A DNA stretch of 63,875 nt, filler included, from Octopus bimaculoides (GCF_001194135.2; 4 parts of 4 records of this genome joined end to end with filler, not necessarily neighbours in it), one strand, 5' to 3'. Shown: positions 51,367 through 63,092, counted from the whole stretch's first letter. Numbers and translations are program-made. The notes: generated from the letters alone by a model not told the origin.

Positions 51367-51503
51367 TAAAGGGTAAACAGTAAAAAGACCCCCTTTGGTT
51401 ATGAATGACCATGGGATTACACCTAGAATGTTCCCCTTCGGGGCACAAGTCCAGGAAGACCAATTTTTGGCCATGCATACCAGCCTCCCCTCTCCATGCC
51501 ACA
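51367..51503 (-). repeat. Single copy of the ~160-bp unit tandemly amplified at 61.6-62.25 kb
   Basis: aaagaccccctttggttatgaatgaccatgggatt...gcacaagtcc...ccatgcataccagcctcccctctcca is the reverse complement of the unit. Confidence 0.75.
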
Positions 51504-52643
51504 TTCTCACTTTTGCTGTGCCATTGGAGTTCATGAAGAATCTAATGACTTGTAATCGAGTGGAAGTTCTCTCTCCATGTCAACTAACTTTTTGGGTAAT
51601 TTGTTCCTTGTGCTTTTTATCTGCAGCGTAAACATTTAATTCTGTTTCAGTCTGTAGAAAATGCATCGTTTTAAAGTTTATGTTCACTGTGTAAATCCAT
51701 CAAATATCTTGCACAAAAAAGAAATAAAACCAAAGACAAAATGCTATTAATATTAAATTTACTCAGCAAATACATGAAAAAGAACAAAAAAAGCAAAAAG
51801 AGAAAAAGAAATTTACTTTTAAATATGGAATCCCCGAAAATGCAGTTAAAAGATAACAATGATTTAAATTAGGAAAGAGAAAAAATATAGCAAAAAGACA
51901 AATTATAAGCAATGCTTATTAAATAGTCTGTTAGTTTATGATTTTAATATTCAAAACAAAGTGTTAAATTCTTGCCACAATATCTTTAACTTTCTTTTCT
52001 GTGTTGTGGAATTTCACTGCCAACGATATGTTGGATGATTATTTCTTCATTTCTGTCATTGTTTCGCAGTTTTGTCATTTGTTTTTTTTTTCTTTTACTT
52101 TCCAGATTTNNNNNNNNNNNNNNNNNNNNNNNNNNNNNNNNNNNNNNNNNNNNNNNNNNNNNNNNNNNNNNNNNNNNNNNNNNNNNNNNNNNNNNNNNNN
52201 NNNNNNNNNNNNNNNNNNNNNNNNNNNNNNNNNNNNNNNNNNNNNNNNNNNNNNNNNNNNNNNNNNNNNNNNNNNNNNNNNNNNNNNNNNNNNNNNNNNN
52301 NNNNNNNNNNNNNNNNNNNNNNNNNNNNNNNNNNNNNNNNNNNNNNNNNNNNNNNNNNNNNNNNNNNNNNNNNNNNNNNNNNNNNNNNNNNNNNNNNNNN
52401 NNNNNNNNNNNNNNNNNNNNNNNNNNNNNNNNNNNNNNNNNNNNNNNNNNNNNNNNNNNNNNNNNNNNNNNNNNNNNNNNNNNNNNNNNNNNNNNNNNNN
52501 NNNNNNNNNNNNNNNNNNNNNNNNNNNNNNNNNNNNNNNNNNNNNNNNNNNNNNNNNNNNNNNNNNNNNNNNNNNNNNNNNNNNNNNNNNNNNNNNNNNN
52601 NNNNNNNNNNNNNNNNNNNNNNNNNNNNNNNNNNNNNNNNNNN

Positions 52644-52965
52644 CAAAGGGATTAAATCGATTACATCGACCCCAGTGCATAACTGGTATTTAATTTATCG
52701 ACCCCAAAAGGATGAAAGGCAAAGTCGACCTTGGGGGAATTTGAACTCAGAACGTAACAGCAGACAAAATACCGCTAAGTATTTCGTCTGACATGCTAAC
52801 GTTTCTGGCAGCTTGCCGTCCTGAGTTCAAATTCTACTGAGGTCGATTTTGCCTTTTATCCTTTTGGGGGTCAATAAAATAAGTACCAGTTTAATACTGG
52901 GGTCAATGTAATTGACTTACCTCCTTTCCCCTAAATTGCTGCCCTTGTGTCAAAGTTTGAAATCA
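52644..52965. mobile_element. Head-to-head inverted pair of SINE family B copies
   Basis: Minus copy 52644-52820 and plus copy 52821-52965; 94-bp arms at about 84% identity by eye. Confidence 0.85.
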
Positions 52966-53046
52966 AGATATCCCCATGGCTAGACATGTCTTGGAAGATT
53001 GGAAATGGAGGATGCTTGCATGTAACACACACACATACACATATAT

Positions 53047-53192
53047 GATGGGCTTCTTTCAGTTTCTGTCTACCAAACTCACTCACAAAGATATAATAGA
53101 AGACACCTGCCCTAGGTGACATGCAGTGGGACTGAACCTAAAACCAAGTAGTTGGGAAGGAAACCTTCTACCACACAACCACATCTGTGCCT
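53047..53192 (-). mobile_element. SINE family A 5' half
   Basis: gatgggcttctttcagtttctgtctacc...gggactgaacc...ccacacaaccaca. Confidence 0.8.
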
Positions 53193-54014
53193 ATTGCGTG
53201 AAAAAAGAATTTGAATAATTTTTAGTGAAGTATTTACACTATGGATAAAAATTTAAAACCATGACAATTAATTCTCCCCCCCCCCTATTTATTTAGCATG
53301 ACAATGAATTTGGTAACAATATGTTGGCTTGTTATGTAATTACCTTGTGATGAAATTACAGGTGATATATTTAGCACCTTGGAATTAATTTTCTGCAATG
53401 AATTTAATTTAATTTAATGAATTTACGGTGAACTTGAGCAGAGTAAGGAACAGCTCATTACCCTGAGATATATGTGGCGACATATATCATTCTTCTTCTT
53501 CTTCTTCTTCTTCTTCTTCTTCTTCTTCTTCTTCTTCATCTCCCTTCTCCTTCGTTTCTCCACCTTTTTTCTCCCCTCCTTCTTCAAGCACCTTCTTTTT
53601 CACTTTCCGCCCTCCTCCTCTTGCTCCCCTTCCTTCCTTTTTTTCCTTCCTATCCTCTTTCAATGAAGACAAGGGCATAGCTAAACAACTTATCCCTCCC
53701 CCCCCACACACACACATATACACTTTAGTTGGAACTACATGCTGGCGTTCAATAAACTGCAGCAATCCAGGATGTTTTATAGGAACATTAAACCAACCTC
53801 AGCATTGGATTGTAGATTAGCTGTTAAAATCGAACTGCACTCTTCACAACTTTCACTAAGAATAAGTACAAGGTAAAATTACTACCTGCTTTTATAGCAA
53901 GTTGATGCAGGTAGCTTACCCTGTCCCCTTCCAACTTTTACTTCATGTAATTGAAAACACTACATTATTTATGGATGACCCAATATATATATATGAAACA
54001 AAAGTGTAACAGGC

Positions 54015-54083
<69 letters not shown>

Positions 54084-54147
54084 ATAATAATAATAAATGG
54101 ATAATAATAATAAATGGAGCAAAACACATATAAATAAAAGTTCCTTT

Positions 54148-54238
54148 AATTCCTACACATGTTTCAAAATAAATGAGAGCACCTTCACAAAGAAGTAAGA
54201 GCTGCTGGGATTCGTCATATATTTCTCTTCAGGGAGTT
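54148..54238 (-). ncRNA. Type I hammerhead ribozyme candidate with extended stem II
   Basis: AACUCC-CUGAAGA-GAAAUA-U-AUGA...UCAU-U-UAUUUU-GAAAC-AUGU-GUA/GGAAUU; all three stems can form and the core is intact. Confidence 0.65.
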
Positions 54239-54371
54239 CATAATAAAACATATATTAGCAAGACAAAAACGAAACGTGAGGTAACTTAAGAGCAGAGATG
54301 TTACATGGTCAGTGACCGTTAGAACGTTTGTTTACATAGAGATATAAAGGGGTCAATGATATATATTTATA

Positions 54372-54625
54372 TGGACAATTAGATGATACAAAAAAAAAAA
54401 GGACAGGTCATTCAGAGCTTTGAATCTTCAGTTGAGTACCAGATCGTCATTGCAGTTTCTGCCTGTTACTCTCAAGACTGCTCTAATCTGGCCGGCCCCA
54501 AGAAAATCTAAGCTAAGAGCACTAGATTCTTTGGAACGATGATCTGCCACTCGACTGAAGATTGAAAGCTCCGAATGACCCATCATTTTTTTTTCCTGTC
54601 CTATTTTGCATCGTCTAACTGTCCA
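54372..54625. mobile_element. Foldback MITE-like element with long imperfect TIRs
   Basis: 54372-54389 vs 54608-54625 match 15/18; 54406-54437 vs 54549-54580 match 29/32. Confidence 0.7.
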
Positions 54626-54675
54626 AATGTTGTGCTGTTGTCTGTTGCGTTCTTGTTCCATTTTATATATATCTA

Positions 54676-54706
<31 letters not shown>

Positions 54707-54714
54707 ATATGTGC

Positions 54715-54756
<42 letters not shown>

Positions 54757-55206
54757 TAGATAGATGGACAGACTTATCTAAGCAATGTGAAGAAGATAGA
54801 CTTGACATGGTACCTGTTCATGTAACTGACACCATATACATCTTAGAATTGTCACTCACCATTCTCAATATCCCATTCCTCAACTCAATGTCAGAAACCT
54901 CTAATTACATGGCGCTATCAAATGTTAACTAATCAATAAGACCGGAAGACGCTTCTTTAATCATGTTTTTCTGACTTTCAGAGATATTTTTACATCATTT
55001 ATTATTATTATTATTATTGTTGTTATTATTATTATTTTATGTATTTTTTTCTATATCATATTTATTTTTGTAAGTAGAAAGAAAATAAATGTCATCCAAA
55101 TATAATTTTACTGTCATTTTCTTGAAACATGTCAAATAAGCAAAGCACTTTATGTATTTATTATCATTATATTATTATTATCATTATTATTATTATTATT
55201 ATTATT

Positions 55207-55420
55207 GGTGGGCTGGCAGAATCGTTAGCACACTGGGCAAAATGCTTAGTGGCATGTCTTCTGTCTTAAAGACGATCTGAGTTCAAATTCTGTGAAGGTC
55301 GATTTTGCTTTTGATTCTTTCGGGATCAATGAAATAAGTACCAGTTACATACTGGGGTCGATGTAATCGGCTTACCCTTCCCCCAAATTTTAGACCTTGT
55401 GCCAATAGTAGAAAAGATTA
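55207..55420 (+). mobile_element. SINE family B
   Basis: Colinear with 27371; tail gtagaaaagattatt. Confidence 0.85.
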
Positions 55421-55639
55421 TTATTATTATTATTTTTTTTTTTTCCTTCTCAGAATGTTCGGTCTTGTTTGTTCTGGTAGATTCTGTGTGAGCAGACAAC
55501 AGCCTACTGTCAGAAGTCTCCCAGGGTCTCTTTCCGCACATTATAAGCTTTGATACTTGGTTGTTAATTATCGTGGGAGACATTCAACATCCAAATACCA
55601 ATCTCAAAATCCCAGCTGTCCCCAGCAGAGCAGTTTTTG

Positions 55640-55940
55640 GGGCTTGCTTATTATCATTTTTCTGTGGAAGGGGCGTGTCCCACTGGTCAGGTGCTCCATC
55701 TACTGTCAAAGTTGCTGAATGAAGGGTTGGGCATGCCATGGTTGCTGTTGCGCAGACATGCACTGAGGTTTCTCCAGCGTTTCCTTGACGGTGACCACAC
55801 ATGCTCACCGTTTGTAAGAGAGACTTTTCCACAGCTCATCTCTTTGACTGAACTGCAATCCTGGATTAGGCATAGACCGAGGAGGGGTGCTTGGCACCTC
55901 AAGTGCTATCAAGTGCTCACAGCCCTCCACCAGGAGGGTC
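55640..55940 (+). mobile_element. L1/Tx1-type LINE ORF2 fragment (post-RT region), frameshifted
   Basis: FLWKGRVPLVRCSIYCQ then, after a shift, LNEGLGMPWLLLRRHALRFLQRFL; resembles the FLW.G...GGLG.P.L region of L1/Tx1 ORF2. Confidence 0.6.
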
Positions 55941-56053
55941 GATTAAATAAGTACCAGTTACGCACTGGGGTCGATATAATCAACTTAATCCGTTTGTCTG
56001 TCCTTGTTTGTCCCCTCTGTGTGTAGCCCCTTGAGGGCAGTAAAGAAATAAGA
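55936..56053 (+). mobile_element. SINE family B 3' half
   Basis: gggtcgattaaataagtaccagttacgcactggggtcgat...aaagaaataaga, same tail as 24952-25170. Confidence 0.85.
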
Positions 56054-56199
56054 AACCAAATTCTCAACTTAAACACCGCTTAAAACATATCCCTAAAGTT
56101 GAACATTATACTCCTTACCACTCATAAAATTTCCTGCCCTTCTTCTCCTAGCATAAAATTGCCTCCCTGCTGTCGGGTTTCTTAGTCTTGTGATCTGCA

Positions 56200-56390
56200 T
56201 GGTGACTTTAATAATAATGCTGGTAGGAAAAACACACTACACGCTATAAAGTGGTTGGTGTTAGGAAGGGCATCAAGCCATACAAACCATACCAAAGCAG
56301 ACACTAGAACATGATGCAGTCCTTGGGCCCATCAGAGACTGTCAAACTGTTCAACTTATGCCAGCATAGAACATGGCTGTTAAAAAATGA

Positions 56391-56420
<30 letters not shown>
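56200..56420 (+). mobile_element. Probable RTE-type 3' end with (GAT)n tail
   Basis: ggttggtgttaggaagggcatc...tatgccagcatagaacatggctgttaaaaaatgatgatgat; the terminus resembles the end of the RTE remnant at 34680. Confidence 0.45.
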
Positions 56421-56422
<2 letters not shown>

Positions 56423-58139
56423 ATCTCAAGGGGGCCTGTTTCACTACCGTAATGGTACCACAATGAAGTACAGTTCCCATAGAGTTAAAAACAGGTACTA
56501 ACATACTATGTCAGCAACATAGAAATTGTGTTATTAAAAAAGATGATGAGGAAGATAACGCGATGATGGTGATGTTGGTGATGGAAGGAGTGATAGTGAA
56601 AGTAGAGGAGGTGGTGGTAGGAGTAGTGATGGTACTGGTGGTGGCAGAAGTGGTGGTCATGGTGATGATGATCAGAATGATGGTCATAATGATGAAGAAG
56701 ACAAGAACAAGATGAAGATGCTGGTGGTGGTAGTGGTGTGAGGACGGCGGTGGTGATTGTGGTGGTAGAGTTGTTGTGGCTGTGCTGCTGTTCCTGCTGC
56801 TGCTGCTGATGATGACGATGATAACGACAATGCTGATGATGATGATGATGATAATGATGGTGATTATGATGATAATTACTATGAAAGATAATAACGATGA
56901 CAATGATGACGACGACGGTGATGATGACGAGAACGATAATTGCAAGAATCACTGATCCATCATTACAATTATGTGTGCTTGCCATGGCTGGATTTAGTTC
57001 TGGGAGCATGTTCACAGACAGGATGCAAGACCTTTGTTGTCCACCCAAGCGGCATAAATACCAATATATGTATTTCTGGTTCCTTTTAACAGCTTCTCAC
57101 TGACCAGCTGCCCCTCACCTTCCCTCTTTCTCTCTCTCTCTCTCTCTCTCTCCCTCAGTCTCTGTCACTGTCTTTATTTNNNNNNNNNNNNNNNNNNNNN
57201 NNNNNNNNNNNNNNNNNNNNNNNNNNNNNNNNNNNNNNNNNNNNNNNNNNNNNNNNNNNNNNNNNNNNNNNNNNNNNNNNNNNNNNNNNNNNNNNNNNNN
57301 NNNNNNNNNNNNNNNNNNNNNNNNNNNNNNNNNNNNNNNNNNNNNNNNNNNNNNNNNNNNNNNNNNNNNNNNNNNNNNNNNNNNNNNNNNNNNNNNNNNN
57401 NNNNNNNNNNNNNNNNNNNNNNNNNNNNNNNNNNNNNNNNNNNNNNNNNNNNNNNNNNNNNNNNNNNNNNNNNNNNNNNNNNNNNNNNNNNNNNNNNNNN
57501 NNNNNNNNNNNNNNNNNNNNNNNNNNNNNNNNNNNNNNNNNNNNNNNNNNNNNNNNNNNNNNNNNNNNNNNNNNNNNNNNNNNNNNNNNNNNNNNNNNNN
57601 NNNNNNNNNNNNNNNNNNNNNNNNNNNNNNNNNNNNNNNNNNNNNNNNNNNNNNNNNNNNNNNNNNNNNNNNNNNNNNNNNNNNNNNNNNNNNNNNNNNN
57701 NNNNNNNNNNNNNNNNNNNNNNNNNNNNNNNNNNNNNNNNNNNNNNNNNNNNNNNNNNNNNNNNNNNNNNNNNNNNNNNNNNNNNNNNNNNNNNNNNNNN
57801 NNNNNNNNNNNNNNNNNNNNNNNNNNNNNNNNNNNNNNNNNNNNNNNNNNNNNNNNNNNNNNNNNNNNNNNNNNNNNNNNNNNNNNNNNNNNNNNNNNNN
57901 NNNNNNNNNNNNNNNNNNNNNNNNNNNNNNNNNNNNNNNNNNNNNNNNNNNNNNNNNNNNNNNNNNNNNNNNNNNNNNNNNNNNNNNNNNNNNNNNNNNN
58001 NNNNNNNNNNNNNNNNNNNNNNNNNNNNNNNNNNNNNNNNNNNNNNNNNNNNNNNNNNNNNNNNNNNNNNNNNNNNNNNNNNNNNNNNNNNNNNNNNNNN
58101 NNNNNNNNNNNNNNNNNNNNNNNGAAGAAGAGGAAATAT

Positions 58140-58554
58140 AAAATGAAATAAAGTCACAAATAAAGAAACCAAATATCTATGTAAATAATGATAATAACAA
58201 CAACATCGATAAGTATACTCCCCACCACCGGCAAGATTACTACCGCCACCACCACCACCATCAACACCACCACTATCACCACTACTTCTACTACTACTGC
58301 TGGTGATGATGATGATGATGATAACATCAACAACAATAATAAAAATAAATGTTAATGAGAAAACGGATTTATAATATAGAAATAACAACAAAAACAACAT
58401 ACTACTACTACTGCTACTACTACTACTACTATTTCTAGTACTACTACCACTACTATGCTGCTGCTAATACTACTACTAATAATACTACTACCACTACTAT
58501 GCTACTACTACTGCTGATAATTATAGCAGCAAGAGTAATAATGAGAATAACAAC

Positions 58555-58587
<33 letters not shown>

Positions 58588-58710
58588 AAGAAAACAAATA
58601 TATAATAAAGATGAAAGCAGCAGCAACAACAACAACAATCATAATAATGATGATAAAAATAAAAATAATAAAAATTATTATCATCATCGTTAACATTTTT
58701 ATTAATATTA

Positions 58711-58756
<46 letters not shown>

Positions 58757-59001
58757 AAATAGAAGAAAACATAATATGTATATAAACAAGAAGAAGAAGA
58801 AGAACAACAACAACAATACTAATAATGGTAATACTGAGACTATAAAAATGTGAAATGCTGCAAAAGTGAAAGTAAAACTAAACAGGAAGAGAGCATTAGA
58901 AGGCTGCCATTGCTAATGAGAGTTTACGAAGCAAGTCTGAACTCTCATGTGACTTTAATGCTAGGAGCGAACTTGCTGGTGAAGAGCAGCTATTTACAGA
59001 A

Positions 59002-59044
<43 letters not shown>

Positions 59045-60080
59045 TATATATATAGATATATATAGATAGATAGATATAGATATATATATATCGGAGTGTA
59101 TAAATTGATTGATCGCTGAGAGAATAAATCTCCATAATGATTAGAATGATGATGAAGACGATGATGATGATGACGATGATGATGAAGATGATGATGATGA
59201 TGATGATGAAGATGATGACAACGATGAGAAAAGCGACGACAACGATGATGATGATGGTGGTGATGATGGTGATGATGATGATGGTGGTGATGCTGGTGAT
59301 GATAATGATGATGATGATGGTGGTGGTGATGCTGGTGATGATGGTGATGATAATGATGATGCTGATGATGATGGTGGTGGTGATGCTGGTGATGATGGTG
59401 ATGATAATGATGATGCTGATGATGATGACGGTGATGGTGATCAGGATGCTGATGATGATAACGATACTGATGGTGATGATGACGATGATGACGATGATGG
59501 TGATGATGATGATGGTGTAATATTAATGAGCAAAAGTAGAATTGTGATATTTATAAAATACCAATTATAATTATAACAATGGTAATAATAATAATAATCA
59601 TTGTTATTTTAAAAAATCAAAAACAGCAGCAACAACAACAATAATAATGATAAATATTTTTATCATAATAATAATAATAAAAATAATAATAGTAATAACA
59701 ATCATTATTATTATTATTATTATTATTTACCAAAACACAAGCAAGAATACCACCTCCACCACTACCACCATCACCAGCTCCACTATCATTGTCATCGTCA
59801 TCATTATTATGGTCACGGTGCTTGGAGTAGTGATGATGATGATGATGATGATGACAATGACAGTAATGATGAAGATGATGATGATGACGATGACGATGAT
59901 GATTGTGGCAGTGCTTGTGCCGATGATTGTGATTGGGATGATGATAACAGTGATGATGATGATGATGATGATGATGACGACGATGGAGACGACAACAACA
60001 CCGACAACGATGATATAACAACGATATCAATAATGATGATGACGATAATGATGATGATAACGATGATGGTGTTGACAATG
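58140..60080. repeat. Compound trinucleotide low-complexity field (AAT, CTA, GAT, ACC, AAC)
   Basis: Direct reading; similar fields at 43720-44350, 56380-56940, 61130-61390 and 62560-62750. Confidence 0.9.
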
Positions 60081-60255
60081 ATGCTGATATACAATAATAT
60101 CTTAGGAAAGTAACTGCAGCGTCTATAACAGCAGCATGTGTTGTTGCTGTTGTTGTTGTTGTTATTGGTTAATGGAGAAGGCGGCACTTTAAGTGCTAAC
60201 AGAAATATCACAGTAAAACATCTTAATCTTCTGCATCGTCTTCTATACCACTTCA

Positions 60256-60317
60256 CAGTCCAGTCCAGTCCAGTCCAGTCCAGTCCAGTCCAGTTCAGTC
60301 CAGTTCAGTCCAGTCCA
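60256..60317 (+). repeat. (CAGTC)n pentanucleotide microsatellite
   Basis: About 12 units, two with a CAGTT variant. Confidence 0.9.
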
Positions 60318-60349
60318 GCTTGTCTGCTTGTAGTTGAATCTGTATCAAT

Positions 60350-60390
<41 letters not shown>

Positions 60391-60453
60391 AGTTATCTTG
60401 AAAGTGACCAGTCGCTGGGGGCGTTAAAGAACTGGTCAACTGCCAGCTGAGCA

Positions 60454-61070
60454 GGAATAGAAAGGGGGGAAGGGAAGGGGGAGTGTGGAGGTGAAGGAAG
60501 AAGAGGGATGAAAAGAGGAGGAGGGGGAGAAGAAGAGGAATAGGGGAAGAAGGAAAAGAGGAAGAAGAGAGGAAGAAGAGATGAGAAAGAGGAGAAAGGG
60601 AAATGGTAGAGGTGAAGGAAGAGGAGGGGGAAGAATGAAAAGAAGATGAAGGAGAAAAAAGGGGAGAAGAAGGGTGAAGGAAGAGGAGGGGTGAGAGGAG
60701 GAGGAGGGGAAAAAGAAGTGGAAGAAGAGGGGTGAAGGGTAGAGTTAAAAGAAGAGGGATAAGAGGAGGAGGAGGGGAGGAGGCGAAGAAGATGAAGGAG
60801 AAAAAGAAAACGAAGTGGAGGAAAAAGAAGGGGAGAAAGAGAGGGGTGAGTGAAGGAGAAAATAAAGGTGAAAGTGAAAGATGAAAGTGAAGGAGGAGGA
60901 GGAGGAGGAGGAGAAGTGGGGGAAAGAAAGAGAAAAAATAAGAAAAGGAAGAAGAGGGAGAAGAAGAATAAGGAGAAGAAAAGGAAGAAAAAGTGGGAGA
61001 AGAGGAATAAATGAGAGGAAAAGGAGGAGGAGGGGAGGAGGAGGAGGATTGAAGGTAAAGAAGCGGAATG
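60454..61070 (+). repeat. ~620-bp polypurine (GA-rich) tract
   Basis: Almost only G and A on the + strand, with sparse T. Confidence 0.9.
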
Positions 61071-61435
61071 CTATTTTGCAGGGAAGGAAAAATGTTTTTC
61101 AAGTCAAGAGCGGAAACTAAATGCTTCGCCTGTCTTAATCGTTGTCATCATTGTCATTGTCATCATCAACAGCTGCAGTAACATTAACAGCAGCACGAAT
61201 AACACAAATATCAGGAGCAGCAATGACAATAATTACAAAAACAACAACAGTTGCAATATCACCATCACCACCACCACTACCATTACCACCACCACCAACA
61301 ACAACAACATAGACAACAAAAACAGCAATAACAACAATAAAAAAAGCTATGACAATAACAGCAACAACAACAACAATAGTAATCCTTTCTATTATAGTCA
61401 CAAGGCCTGAAATGCTTTGGAGAAGGGACCTAGTT

Positions 61436-62254
61436 GGTTACATGGCTCAGTGGTTAGAACGTCGGGCTCACAATTATGAGGTAGTGAGTTTGATTCTCAG
61501 ACCAGGCTGTGTGTTGCGTTCTTGAGCAAGACACTTTATTTCACGTTGCTCCAGTTTACTCAGCCATAGAAATGAGTTGTGACATCACTGGTGCAAAGCT
61601 GTATTGGCCTTTGCCTTGGATAACATCGGTGGTGCAGACAGGGGACACTGGTATGCATGGGTGGTTGCTGGTCTTCCATAAAAAGACATTGCCCAGACTT
61701 GTGCTTCGGAGAGGGGAACTTTCTAGGTGCAGTCCCATGGTCATTCATGACCAAAGGGGGTTTTCACCCTTACCCTATGTGCATATAATGGTGTGGAGAG
61801 GTATGCATGGACGATTGTTGGTCTTCCTTAAACAACCTTACCTGGACTTGTGCCTCAGAAAGGAACTTTTTAGGTGCAATCCCATGGTCAGTCATGTCCG
61901 AAGGGGGTCTCTACCCTTTACCTTGTGTACCCTTTACCCTATGTACATATAATGGAGTGGAGAGTGGACACTGGTATGCATGGACAACTGCTGGTCTTCC
62001 ATAAAACAACCTTGCATAGACTTGTGCCTTGGAGGAGAACTTTTTAGGTGCAATGCCTTGGTCATTCCTGACTGAAGGGGGTCTTCACCCTTGACCTATG
62101 TACATATAATGGTGTGGAGAGGGGATGTTGGTATGCATGGGCGACAGCCAGTCTTCTATAAACTACCTTACTTGCACTTGTGCCTCGGAAGGGAACTTTC
62201 TAGGTTCAATCCTATGGTCGTTCAAGACTGAAGGAGGACTTTATTCTTTACTCT
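61436..62254 (+). mobile_element. CORE-type SINE with its 3' module tandemly amplified 4 times
   Basis: tRNA-like head 61436-61505, CORE-like 61512-61580, then units anchored by gtatgcatgg at 61651, 61801, 61974 and 62131 (periods 150, 173, 157). Confidence 0.8.
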
Positions 62255-62349
62255 TTAATAACAATAAAAACAGAAGTGTAGGAAAACAACAACAACAACA
62301 ATACCAGTATGAGCAAACAAGTGAGTGTCTATGGTTTATGTGCCCATTG

Positions 62350-62530
62350 ACCATTCAGAAATAGCAGCCAAATCTCCCTCAAATTACACCTCTTCAGTGT
62401 AGAGAAAAGCTTATTGGATGAGGTTGTTGAAAGCTCCCTAGACATAGGTTAAAAAGATATGGGATGGAATGGTCATGGCTGGAGTGACTTTGATTCAACT
62501 GTGAGGTCTCTACTCTGATTGAGCTGAGAC
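62350..62530 (+). mobile_element. Interspersed repeat family D fragment
   Basis: gaaatagcagccaaatctccctcaaattacacc...ggtcatggctggagtgactttgat; related decayed pieces near 1005, 10290 and 32450 (minus). Class uncertain. Confidence 0.45.
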
Positions 62531-62959
62531 CTAGGGATGAACCAGTGCAAGAACGTCATAAGCAACAACCACCACCACCACCACTGTCAACTATACTCCA
62601 CCACCACTATCACCAATACCACCATCACCACCACAACCATCATCACCACCACTGCCACCACCACCACCACCACCAAAAAGTTTCCCCCACAAGCACCACC
62701 ACCACCACCACTGCCACCACCACCACCACCACTGCCACCACCAAAAAATATTNNNNNNNNNNNNNNNNNNNNNNNNNNNNNNNNNNNNNNNNNNNNTTAA
62801 TTAATTAANNNNNNNNNNNNNNNNNNNNNNNNNNNNNNNNNNNNNNNNNNNNATATATATATATATATATATGTCATACATACACACATACATTTATGCA
62901 TGTATACAAACAGACAGATAGACAGACAGACAGACAAGCAAGCAGGCAGGCAGGCAGCC

Positions 62960-63020
<61 letters not shown>

Positions 63021-63061
63021 TTGTAAACATATGTACATACATACATACATACATACATACA

Positions 63062-63092
<31 letters not shown>

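Noticed and set aside
59137-59520. 127-aa Met/Val-rich ORF with ~42-bp higher-order periodicity
   Set aside because: A GAT/GGT microsatellite with internal duplications, typical of this genome.
61651-62254. Regular repeats resembling a CRISPR array or repeat-protein gene
   Set aside because: Units are 150-173 bp with no unique spacers, no shared open frame, eukaryotic context, and they follow a SINE head.
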